A stretch of 64,000 nucleotides of DNA, from assembly GCA_025201805.1 (NCBI GenBank), contig MU619259.1:105208-169207 (forward strand). Direction: 5' to 3'. The translations under genes and the position numbers were made by a program. The notes below the pieces were generated by a model. It did not search any database. It was not told where the DNA came from and saw nothing but the letters and a program-made list of their open reading frames with translations. Positions 24,922-37,075 of the stretch are shown here, in pieces (within the stretch, counting starts at the first letter, position 1; every line of letters starts with the position of its first letter). Source of the stretch: Parasitella parasitica NRRL 2501 (taxonomy: Eukaryota > Fungi > Mucoromycota).

Positions 24922-26761
24922 TTAATCCTCACTTAAACCGACCAATTCTTTACCCATCTTTTTGTCCAAACGACAAATAGGATAATCCTTGATCATGGCG
25001 ATATTAACCTTATGACCTAAAAGATCACGAATATTAGAGATGCCGTATTTAACCATGGTAGGACGTTCAAGACCAAGGCCCCAAGCAATGACACGAACAT
25101 CAGGAGGCAAGCCCAAAGGAAGCAGCATCTCGGGACGGAACATGCCAGAGTTACCAATTTCAACCCAAGATTTTAAACCTTCATGGTACGAGAAAATCTC
25201 CATGGAAGGCTCCGTGTAAGGATTGTATGTAGGCTTGAAACGAATTTTCTCCATACCCATCTTTTTGAAAAAAACATCCATGAAGCCAATAAGATCACCC
25301 AGAGTCAAGTTCTTGTCAGCTATTACACCTTCAATTTGATGGAATTCAGCTAAATGAGTAGCATCGACAGATTCATTACGGAAGACACGGTCAATCGAGA
25401 AATATTTGGCAGGACGGAATTCGCCAATTTTTGCAGTTTCTTCAGAGAGTTTGTGAAGCATGTACGAACTGACGGCAGTGGTGTGGGTACGCAAAATCAG
25501 TTTTTGTGCCTCTTCTTCCTTCCAAACATAATTATAGCCGATGGATCCAGTGTCACCTCCATTTTCGTGTGTTTTTTTAATCTTTTCCATCAAATCACGA
25601 GGATAACGGTCAGAGGTAGCAGGATCTGCATTGTTGAAAAAGAAAATGAGTGGAAATTGCGGGCGCATTTTTTATGCTATTTACCTTTCAAAAAGAAGGT
25701 ATCATGAGCATCTCTAGCGGGATGTTGTTGAGGTTGGAAAAGAGCATCAAAGTTCCAGAAACTGGATTCCGCAAAACAGTTGGTGGGCATCTCTTGGAAA
25801 CCCATTTCAAAGAAAATTTCACGGAACTCTTGACGGACCTTCATCAAGGGGTGAAGATGGCCACCTTGAGGAGGAACACCAGCAGCATCGAAATTGTACT
25901 TTTTGAAGGTTGCATTTTTCCATTCGCCACTAAACTAGGGGTTACGAACAATTGAATTTTGCTCACCTCACAAACAAACTTACGATTGAAGCATATCAGT
26001 AGTGATATCCGTAGCCTCCTTCTTGATTTGCACAGAGAAATCAGGGCCTTTCGATACACTGTAAGTGGTGGTCTTCCTACAAGATGAAGAATTCAGTGTC
26101 CGTTGGAATGACATGCTGTTGTATAGTCTGTGAGTCATACTGTTTGTCAATCAAGGTTCTCTTTTTCAATTCAGCAAGAGTCTTTTGGTTTTCGAGAGTA
26201 CCCGTAGACTCAATTTGCTTCAAGTCTCTTTGAGTTTCATCGACAATGCTTTCGACTAAACGAACCAAATTAGCTCCGTTCTTTGAGATCCACTTGTTTT
26301 TGAAAGCTTTGCCCTGGCCAGGCTTTGCTGAAGGCCCTACCTTGGCCTTTTCCAGAACAGAAAAAGTGTTAATTGGGGGGGAGGGAGGAGCATAACAAGG
26401 TGCAGTTCAATGAAATACCTGAAGCTCATTAATGGGAAGACCTTCATCTCCAGCAGGAATAGCTTCAAAAACGCGAGCTTCATGGCTGCCATCCTTGGCA
26501 ACCTGCTTGCCTTCCTCGGTAAGAATCCAGGAAATATGTTCAATAGGAGTAAAGTCAATCATCTAATGCTTATGCGTGAGTTAAAGTAGAGTCTGGCACA
26601 AGAGATACTACCTCTTTGGACTTTAAACTTGCAAGGGCACCAAGAAGGACAAGCTGATCGACAGGTCCGTCGTTGAGTGTCAAGTCCTTTGTATTAGCAA
26701 TGGTGTCGCACTTGTCAAGTGTGGTGAGCACAAGGGTCTGCAAATCTTCGGTGGTCGCCAT
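24922..26761 (-). CDS. FRS2: Phenylalanyl-tRNA synthetase alpha subunit, cytoplasmic
   Basis: [73 protein letters not shown]; start MATTEDLQ; several introns. Confidence 0.96.
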
Positions 26762-27155
26762 ATCGAATTTGCGTATAAAGAAGAAGAGATATATGGATGA
26801 TCGACCGCAAGGCAATCACCTAACAAAAATTTACAAAAAAAAAGCCACCCATTGCGATGGCGCCCATTCTCCATCCAAAGCTTGCCTTGCTGGGCCTATT
26901 AAGAATTGCATCAGAGCTTCATTTGCTGGCTAAAGAGCAAGCTAATGCACCGGATATAATAAAGCAAATGGCCATAGCTAATAATAGCACAGTTTCATTC
27001 ATTCAGCAGACTATCAAATGCGTTTAATTTTAGCTTCTACAATGGAACATGTCACTTTAGTCGCTCGATGGACGAGCACGAATACGGACAATCAATTGTT
27101 CCTTTGTGAACGTGCTTGCTTTGGTATTACGTGTTTTCTTTTTATCCTTACCACA

Positions 27156-29581
27156 ATGACCAACAATAAAGTGCGCACTAGCAATGCTTCTACAAAAAGA
27201 AAAGCAGAGCAAAGCTCTGATGTCAAGCGTCAGCAAAGGCCCAAGTTGGACATGAGTCAAGGGCCTCGCATACCTGTTCGATCGACTTTGGCTAGTCGTT
27301 CAAATCACACTTCACCTACAGCCGGTGAGAACAATAGCAACAACACCAAGCAGAGATTATCCAACATATCTACATCGTCCATCAGCTCAAGCGCAAGATT
27401 GTCGAACGCTTCAATCAATTCTAATTCAAGCACAACTTCGGTATCATCATCCAAATCCAAATCCAAATCCAAACCCACCTCAGCAGCAAATGCTGTTACT
27501 GTCAACAAAAAACCACTCAAGACCACCAAGGCTTCCATTCCAAAATGGGACACAAAAGGTAGACTGAATCAATTGCAATCAAAGCTTAGCGAGTCCAACG
27601 AAAAAGGTAAGCCAAAGAGTATTTCCGTACGTGTATTCTGTTGCTAATGCAGCTGCAAAATTGTAGTCAGTGAAATCGAAAAGCTGCATCAAGATTTGGA
27701 ATCAAGCGTGCAGAGTAAAGAATCACTGCTGATGGAGGCAATGCAAAAAGTTACGGATCTGGAGAATACGATCAAGGTAAATCTCAGTCTTTATTTTACA
27801 CCGAGTAGATGATTTACCATGTTGACAGACAACCGAGGAGCGGCACCAGGTTGAACTGCGACGAATTCGAGAAAAGTTTGTTTCAAAGAACAGAGACCTT
27901 ATATACCAAAATGATAAGCGGAAATCACACCTGTCTGAACTGGAGAAAGAGCTTAGTAGCATGGAGGTCGACTATAGAGAAACGGCCAGAGCAATCGAAG
28001 TTGAGAAGAAAGAGAATGCAACTCTCAAATCAACTAGACGCAATGTAGAAGGGTCTCTGTCTCAATTGGATGCTGATACCAGGAGCAAGCGTCTTCAAAA
28101 GAAGGCAAGTGAGAGTAGTTGTGCTTATCAATGTATGCTTATTCATTTTATTTCATTTTATTTCATTTTATTTTATTTTATCTTTTTGTAATACAGAGCT
28201 TGCTTTCCTCGCTGAAAGCAGCTGAAGAGAAGTCGGTAGAACTATCAGATCAAATGAAGGCCAGGAGTCGATATGTCCAAGAGCTGCAGGGATCGCTATT
28301 GCAAAATGAAAAACTTCGCAGAAAGGATCATGACAAATTACAGGAATTGAAGGGCAATATTCGTGTATTTTGCAGGGTGCGACCAGCCATAAGTAAGTTT
28401 TCAAATGTGAGAGATGGACAACAAACAACTAAACAAGAAAGCAGGTTCCACAGCTGAGCCCAACCTTATTGATGCCCGTTTCTTTGGTGAAGACAACGAA
28501 AGCATGGAGCTGACAGAACAGGTGTCGTCTACACTGGGGAAAGCCTCCACCAAAACACACACATTTACGTTTGATAGAGTCTTTTCGCCCGAATCCAGCC
28601 AAAAGGATTGCTATGAGGAAATATCGCAGCTTGTGCAATCGGCACTGGATGGATTTAATGTTTGTATATTTGCATATGGCCAGACTGGCAGTGGTAAAAC
28701 GTTCACGATGCAAGGACCTTGTGCACCCACAGAAGAAACATCTGGTATGATTCCACGTGCAGTGCAGCAGATTTATGAGGTAGTTCAGCAGTTGAAACAG
28801 TTTGGCTGGGAATACAGAATGGAAGGACAATTCTTGGAGATTTACAACGAGACTATAAACGATTTATTAGGAAATACGTCGAATTATGGCAAAATCAAGC
28901 ATGAAATACATCATGAAAAGAACGGCAAGACGACTGTTACAGATATGACGTCTGGTAAGCAGTTTTAGTTTTAAGGTTAACCTTTCCACCTATCTCAAAC
29001 ATAATATTATTGTTACATAGTCATACTGGATTCTCCCTCCAAAGTGAAGATCATGCTGAGGAAAGCCGGTCAGAATCGAGCAACGGGAGCGACCAACATG
29101 AATGAACGCTCCTCGAGAAGCCACAGTGTATTTACGCTTCAACTCACAGGACACAATAAGACAACTGGCGAAAACACGAGTGGTATTTTGAACTTGATTG
29201 ATTTGGCTGGCTCAGAACGATTATCCATGTCAGGTTCAACCGGTGATCGCTTACGTGAAACACAAGCGATTAATAAGAGTTTGAGCTGTCTCGGTGATGT
29301 GATTCATGCTCTGGTAAACAACAAAGAAGGCGGGCATATACCCTACAGAAATTCAAAGCTAACTTACCTGCTTCGAAACTCATTGGGTGGGAATTGCAAG
29401 ACGCTGATGTTTGTCAATGTATCTCCATTGATGGAGCATTTTGGAGAGAGCCTGTGTTCGCTGCGGTTTGCAACCAAGGTAGATTTGCGCGCAAGATGCG
29501 AGTTCCTGTTTACTAACTACGTTGCTACAATCACAGGTCAATTCGTGTCAAGTGGCTACAGCAAAGAAGCTAGTCAAATAA
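27156..29581 (+). CDS. Kinesin-14 (C-terminal motor, Kar3/Ncd-like)
   Basis: Basic N-terminal tail and coiled coil, neck [15 protein letters not shown]-loop [36 protein letters not shown]. Ends RFATK|[14 protein letters not shown]. Confidence 0.93.
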
Positions 29582-29878
29582 TAACCCATTGTATTTATGC
29601 TGCATGCCTTTCATCATTTTGTTTGGTATCAACTTTTTGTGTTGAAACATCTTGGAATAAACAAAAAGGCAAAAGTCCACGTGATGAACAGTTGTTGATG
29701 CTATTGTCCTGTTTGCTTCTATAAAAAAACTAGTTTTATTGGTTCCATTATTTGATCTTTTTAGTATAAATATGATGCCTATAAATATGGGCGATCTTTC
29801 TTTACTCCTTGTGAACCCCCTTTTATTTCTCGCTTTTTTTTTTTTCTTTTTTTCCATATTTTTCACAACGTCTAAAAT

Positions 29879-32150
29879 ATGGCAAGAGACAACACGCCGA
29901 ATTCATTGGTGCGCAACATGTCGAGGGATGCCATGACTACAACCCCGTTGTCCAACACAACGACATTGGACGACACCATCCTGTTTGAAAAAATGAACAG
30001 AGAATGTATTCTATTCCCAACTTATGCCAAGCGAGATCCCAAAGGTATTGATTTGATGACATAATAGTGCATCTCTGCTAAATACTCGGTAGATCCCTCA
30101 AAATGGATTATAAAGACAAAAGGCTGGGCATTGTCTCACAATAGCTCAACGGCCAAGCAGAAAATGATGATGGGTAAGTCGCCTTTTAATTACGATACGA
30201 TGCAGTTCCCTCCCCCACCCCCCCACTGACGAACGGCAATCTTAGGTATTACAAAAAGTGTTGCTGGCAAATCTTCTGCCGATAGTAAATCTTCTCAAAT
30301 GTTTGAGCAGCGTTTCAAATATTTCTTGGCCACTAACAAGCGCTTCAAGCCATTCCTGATACAAGCAATCGGCATCACAACATTAGAAGATTCACGATTA
30401 GAATTGCAGAAAAGACAGGATGAAAGCCAATTGCAGCAAGCAATGATGAATCATCAAACGCTGTTTATGAGCATGATATCCGCCAGATTCAGCCAAATGA
30501 TGACCACAATCAAGACAAAATCATGTACAAACGACACGATTTCTTTTCCGTTAACACCACCCACTGATGATGACTATGACGATGAAGACAACGACGACGA
30601 CGATGACAGCGACGATGACGATGCAGAAAATTGGCTAGCAAGCGACTACTTTACTGACATTGTATCTCGACCGACCAACCCAATCTCATCCGTCCTCGAT
30701 GGCACCTTCGCCAACAACATGGAGCCTATCCCCACGATGATGACCACCCCATACGCCACTACCCATTATACCCAACAGCTGCAGCAAACTCAAGTGCGAC
30801 TGACAACAAAAAGCTCTGGGTTTTTGCAAGGCCAATTCAATGTGCCTCATGTTACGATACTAAATTGGGCTCAGGAACAAAACCAGTGCGATGCAAGATT
30901 AATTCGCATTCAATCGACGTGTACCGAAAAGTCGAGCAAAAGGTTCTCGCCCAATTACGGGATTGTGAGCTTGATCGAGCCAACTGGGATATCCATAATA
31001 TCCGACATCGACGACACCATCAAAGACACACAAATCCTGTCGGGAGCAAGAACCGTACTATCAAAAACATTCTTCGAGCCACCACAAGGTGTGTCAGGCA
31101 TGGCGGACGCTTACATGGCTTGGGTTAGTGTATTTTAAACAAACAAACACTTTTTGTGCTAACCTCACTATTATTTATTGTGTACAGTATACTCAAGGTG
31201 CCTCGTTTCACTATGTATCAAACAGTCCATTCCAGCTCATGCCCATGCTGGAAAAATTTTTGCGAGATTCGCAGTTCCCCCCAGGCTCAATGCACCTAAG
31301 AGACGACGGGAAGCTGCTATCTCGACTTGTGGAAACACCAGGCCAAGCGAAGCGTGATGCCATTCTTAAGATTATTGCTGATTTCCCACAACGCCGTTTT
31401 GTGCTGATTGGGGATTCTGGGGAAATAGATTTGGAAATTTACACTCGTATTGCATCAGAGTTCCCTGATCAGATTCTCAAAATTTATATCCGTGATGTGA
31501 CAACACCTGATGCAAAAGCCATCCACAGCCTCAAAAAGAAGAAGAAGAAGCAGCAGCAGCAGCAACAGCAGCAACAGCAGCGAAGAAGAAGCAGCACTCT
31601 CTCTTCGTTGTTCCAGTCCACCCGCAGATCGTTCTCCACGCCAATCTCTTCTCGAAACAGCTCTCTAACAAGCGAAGAAACCATTCAGCCACCCAAAGAA
31701 AAGAAGAAGAAGAAGTTCAGATCCCCCTTGGGAATGCGCCGAGCAGTGTCTACAACATTAGCAGAGTACGCCGTCGAGCCGCGCCTCACAGGACATCATA
31801 GAACGACCGTTTGCATCGATTCAAAGCAGCAAAGTAATAATGACGACGACGATGAACAAGACGGACTGTTGGACCCTCACCTGTACCAAAAAAAGATCTC
31901 TACCGTAGAAGCATGCGCTCAGCTTTACCAGCGTGTTGAAAAAGCCCGGCTGCAAGTACCTGACATCGACATTGTTCTCTTTCAGAATGCTGAAGTGCTA
32001 CAAAACGACAGCGCTATTCGTAACTCTCTATGGGATCTGTGGGATGATCAAAGCAACTCCTCTTTCTGCGACGACGACGATGAAGAGGATGATAACGATT
32101 ACGAGTCGCATCAAAACAGATTATTTGCATCATCCCCAAGTACCTTTTAA
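29879..32150 (+). CDS. App1-like phosphatidate phosphatase (DUF2183)
   Basis: GISIISDIDDTIK (DxDxT), FHYVSNSP, FPPGSMHLR, FVLIGDSGEIDLEIY, KIYIRDV; N-terminal LFPTYA motif. Confidence 0.88.
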
Positions 32151-32965
32151 CTCATGTATACCAAACTCACCAACGGCATTGCTTCATTTAATCTTTTTCT
32201 GCATTTTACCACCCACCTCTCTTTTTTGAACAAAAACTTGTACTATATAAATTAACCATCTAAAAGGCAGATCATGTATTGCACAATGACGCTTCATAAT
32301 CGCACAGATACATGATGCATAATTTTACTGTACTGCATTGCTAGGGTGTTGATTTATAGTAATCTTGTCAAGCAATGCTATTTTTGTTACGTGTTTGTGT
32401 TACAGGAGAGGTGGTAAATGCAAGAGGGTTTATTATTATACATTGACAATTTAGATATTCATCGACAAGAGAATGGGGGGGGGGGGAGAAGTGGCGCTTT
32501 CTTTGGGCCGATGTAGTAGTTTCAAGAATCTCGGTCAACATTTCCCGCAATTCATCGTTCGAAATAGAAATTGCCTAAACTACACAGACTCTCAGGAATA
32601 TCAACCAAGAGTTGAAGACGCATTGACTTATAAAGAGGTGCAATGATATACAGCTGAATCAGTACGTTTATCGGCCTATATGGACAAGTGGATAACCTAC
32701 ATCTACACCTGGTCATGGACATATACAGTAAACTACTAGAAAAAAAAATTACCATCACATCATGTGCTATACATCAAAACAACCTAATAGCTACCGTTCT
32801 TCCTTTAGGCTTCGATTTCTCGTCAAAGGGATGCAACCTTGATTGCAAGAGACAGCAAACACACATGGCCATTCAACACCTGTAAGATGATTAGTAAATC
32901 CCTCTCCCCCCCCCAAATCGAATTGTTGCCAATTATTGTTATTATGTCCAAGAAGCTGTGCTTAT

Positions 32966-33780
32966 TTACAAGAGATAATCATAAACATGTCTGGTTTGAT
33001 AGTCGGCAATGTTTCTCTCTGGAGAGTTGACTATGTTCAAAAAGCCCAGATAAGTAAGTTTCAGCGAGAATTTGCAGTAATTCATTAGATCTTTGACCTC
33101 CATTCTTTTGACGAATGATTCTGCGCCAATCTTTGAAAAGATGTTGGATTTAAACGACAAAATGACATGCTCACTTACATTATCAAATGAGATCAGTATA
33201 TTCTTTAAAGTTGATTCAAAATAATGCGATAAAGATCGCGTTCTACCCAAGATTGCGCAGTCTCTGTATGTAATTAGCCCTTTCGAGTTGTTGATTATAC
33301 CTTGCATTCCATTAACAACATACTCGGCTTGAGTATATTTGTTGAGAGGCATAGCTAGTGTGATTCGAGCCTCATCAGAATTCCTGATATCTACAGGTTG
33401 AGATATTATCATTTTGTCTATATATTTCAAAATGTTACATACGCAAACAAATATAGTATATATACATAGCATCAGTAAGTGTACCTTGATTAATGACATG
33501 TAATGCAGACCTTATGATAAACCTGGTACTTTGATAATTTTTCACTAGAGTGCAATCAGCTCATTTTAGACGTACCACGAACTGTTGTGAGCCTTTTTCC
33601 ATCCGACATTACATGAATAAATTCTTGCACTAAATCGGTGATGTCTTGACACTTGTCGACAAGCACAACCTCAATTTTTTTTGCGTGCAACTTCACACTC
33701 TTTCAAAACTTCGCATGCTTTAATCAAGCAATCACAACAATCCTTGTCGAATAGCAATAATATGATCAGTTTGAAATTCT
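32966..33780 (-). pseudogene. Degenerate UvrD/PcrA/Srs2-like SF1 helicase fragment
   Basis: Decayed motifs: IEVVLVDKCQD (Walker B VDEFQD), QAEYVV...ITYRDCAILGRT (motif IVa), ESFVKRMEVKDLMNY...IVNSPERNI (FF.R.EVKDL..Y...IN.PKRGI). Frameshifts and stops present. Confidence 0.7.
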
Positions 33781-35460
33781 CAAATTAACGAGTAAAAATA
33801 TCCAATTTTATTTGCATATCTCGTAAATATCAGATATCTGCTCTTAACTTCTGCTGAAATGACCGTAGAACCGAGATCTAACTTGGAAAACATAGCGCTC
33901 ATTCACCACTATCTGACAATCAGCATTTGTATTGATGTTTTCCATGATATATATAACATTATTAGCTGAAATCACAAAATTACAAATCAAAATTACTTAA
34001 AATCGCTTATAGGCTTTGATAAAGTGCCAGATAAACCCTGAGTCTTTTACGCCATTAAAACAGACATGATCATCGCTATCTGAGTATAACTTGGTGTCCA
34101 CTAGGCGATGTGTCTTTTTAAAGTTATGTGCAAAAATAGTTTTATTTTTCATAATTGTTTATCTACTTCATATATTAAACCAGTGTTTGCGAGGAGGAAA
34201 TAGACATCATCCCAATTTGGAAAGAATAATTACCTATAAAAGAGGTTGACATCTGCGATGAAGAATTTAGCGAAAAGGATATATAATCATAACTCTTTGA
34301 TAATTATTCAATGTTAAAAATGTAAGCCAAGATCCATCAAGTTGAAAGACCTTGGATGTATTTATATTATAAAATTTGCATATTTCATGTTGCTGTGTAC
34401 GATTATCTTTATAAGCTGAATGCTCTTGATAATATTTGTCATAATGTTCAATGTTGCTCTCAGGGACATAGTCCTTACTAAAAAAAAAAAGCGTCTTACT
34501 AATTCAAATAGAATTGTGTAAAAGACTGCCAGTAGTTCACATCACCATCACCAATCGTGATACAATGATGAAATTGTACATCTTTGCGTCGTTAAGCGAA
34601 TTAGGCTTGCGACAAGCTTGTATTATGTCTTAACAATCATCGGCTAGTATGTAATCAAATATTTTGTTATGGAAAAAAGCAAGTTTTTGGTGTTCAAGAA
34701 TTAATTTTTTCCCAAGCGTTCAGTTGTATAAAGTACACATTTTCTTATGAAGCAATATCATATGATATTTGACGCAAACATATTAGCAATAATTTACTAT
34801 AGCACATTTGATACGCTTTCATTTACTGATGTTCGGTATCATACTATTTCATATTTGAAGATCGCAAAATTTACATCTACTCACATTTAATCGTTAGCTT
34901 GACAGATGTTCACCGCCTAATATGGTCAATTAAAGAAGGCACAAAGTTGCGGCAGTGGCACGACTGGAAGAATATGAGCGTGGACATTTAATTACTCGTT
35001 AGTTTGAAGATTTTCTATGTGGGCTTCTGGCTTCTTCATACCTGTGCAACTATTACCTATTTTTGTCATTATTTGGCCATTGCATGTAGATATTTATTCA
35101 TTGTGTTGTACCCTGATTCACGGGAAATAAAGATGAGCATTTCAAAGATTCCATCTTTCGAATAAAATTATGTTCATTGGACTTTGCTTTGTGAATGGTA
35201 TAGACATTAGACATTTGATTTATAAACAAAAAGAGAGAGAGAGAGAAAAACTATGCATCGTAGCATGCATGATGTACATGTTTGGAATAGCCCTCTTTTT
35301 GTTTTTATTTTTTTGATCTGCTGCTGCTGCTGCAGGCAGAGAACACGCATACAAAAGACATGAAACTCATAAACTCTACATTCAAACATACTACCATTAT
35401 AAACATAATTAAAAAAAAAAAAAAAAAGAACGCATATTTTAATCGATACTTGAGCGTATT

Positions 35461-36750
35461 TTATTCTTCAATCAATTGTTTTAAAAGCTGGCAATGTTCG
35501 GAAAAGGAGGCAGGGCTTGGAATATTATTAGTAATATCCATAGATGATGAAGAGGCATCATCAGACAGAGAACAAGAAGAGGGAGGGGGGGAAGCTTCTG
35601 CAAAGAACTTGCTATCATTGTTGTTATTTGTAGTTATGGCTGAAGCGGCAGCTATGGCTGACTGGAATGTTGCATTGAAGGCTGGGTGCTGCAAAGAGAC
35701 ATCTGACGTTATGGAAGTGGGCGATGAAGGCAACTGATGCTGCTGATTTGATTTCACTGCAGCCATAGCAGCTGCTGTAGCAACTGAAGCAGCTGTAGTA
35801 ACCGGGTTGCTGCCGCAGCCGTTTTGCTGTTGCTGTAACAAGTAGGAATAGGATGTTGAGTCATTATTACTGTATAAATGATGGTTAGGAGAACTATTGT
35901 TTGAAGGATGCTGTTGGCCGTAAAAGAAATCGAATTCTGCGTCGTCTTGTGGAGTAGGTGTTGTAGAAATGAACGCGGAAGCAGCGACAGCAGCAGCAGC
36001 AGCCGAAGTGGCCACAGTAGCTGCCAATGAAATTGAAGCAGAACTGTAGTGATGATTGCTGTAGGGAGAATGTCTTTTTCTCTTTGGCGATACTGATGAT
36101 CTGTGAGGATATAGATGATGTTGACGGCGTAAAAAACTATTCATGCTACTATTACAAAGTGGCGAAGGAGGTGTGTAGATGGGTAAAGAAGCTTTTGACA
36201 TGAGGGCATTGGCTGAGGCTGTTTGCTGGCATCCGTTACGCCTCGAGATGCAGAACGGGCAGTGCCTTACAAAACGAGCAATCAGCTCTTTGGGTATCCA
36301 CGAATATCTCTTGCGCACCAAAGCCGAAGTTTTGTCTCTACCACCATGATGAGCTTCTTTATGTGCAATAATCAGGATATTGTAAATGTCCTCTCTAGTC
36401 GCAACTGGCTTGCCGTCATGACAAACAAATTCCATGTGATCCGTGGTGTTTAATCGAAACATTTTCTTGACCCAGAATCTAAACTGAGCAGTTGAAATAG
36501 CAGTGTTTCGAGGGTCCTTGAGCACTTGCAAGATGAGCGAATATCGATGGTTATCAACAAGCGCTTTGTCTCGCTTCTTGGAAGACAGATTTTGCAGATA
36601 TCCGTTTACGATACTGTTAAATTCTTCTAGGGACGGAAATTGCTGGTATTCATACATAAATCCCTCGCTGTCTGTACTGTTGTTCGAGGAGTTGCTGTGC
36701 TGATAAAAGTCTTCGATGGAAGAGCACGATGAGGAAGAGCTATCTAACAT
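35461..36750 (-). CDS. Integrase zinc-binding (HHCC)-domain protein with low-complexity C-terminus
   Basis: 429-aa ORF with FRFWVKKMF, KPVATREDIYNILIIAHKEAHHGGRDKT...RYSWIPKELIARFVRHCPFC. No DDE core. Confidence 0.8.
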   Translation of the reverse strand: MLDSSSSSCSSIEDFYQHSNSSNNSTDSEGFMYEYQQFPSLEEFNSIVNGYLQNLSSKKRDKALVDNHRYSLILQVLKDPRNTAISTAQFRFWVKKMFRLNTTDHMEFVCHDGKPVATREDIYNILIIAHKEAHHGGRDKTSALVRKRYSWIPKELIARFVRHCPFCISRRNGCQQTASANALMSKASLPIYTPPSPLCNSSMNSFLRRQHHLYPHRSSVSPKRKRHSPYSNHHYSSASISLAATVATSAAAAAVAASAFISTTPTPQDDAEFDFFYGQQHPSNNSSPNHHLYSNNDSTSYSYLLQQQQNGCGSNPVTTAASVATAAAMAAVKSNQQHQLPSSPTSITSDVSLQHPAFNATFQSAIAAASAITTNNNNDSKFFAEASPPPSSCSLSDDASSSSMDITNNIPSPASFSEHCQLLKQLIEE

Positions 36751-37075
36751 TTATATTACAAAAGCAAACGCACACAAGGTGGGGGAGGCGGGTAAATTTA
36801 CAAAATATGGCAAAAAAGATCAACAACTCGGCATGGTGCTATTTATACCACAGGAAGGTGAAATCTAATATGTCTAAATATGAGAGTTTGGCGGGAAAAT
36901 GTATGTGTGCAGGATATTTACTGTGTAGAATGTTGTTTTGCTTGCTATGTTGTTATGTTGTTGTAAAAGAAAAAGAAAAAGAAAAAAACCTTAATTTAAC
37001 CGTTTATAACTACACTATGATTAGCATTCCCTGAGATTTCCCCCCCCCCTTTGATTTGTCTGTGCGCAAACATTT

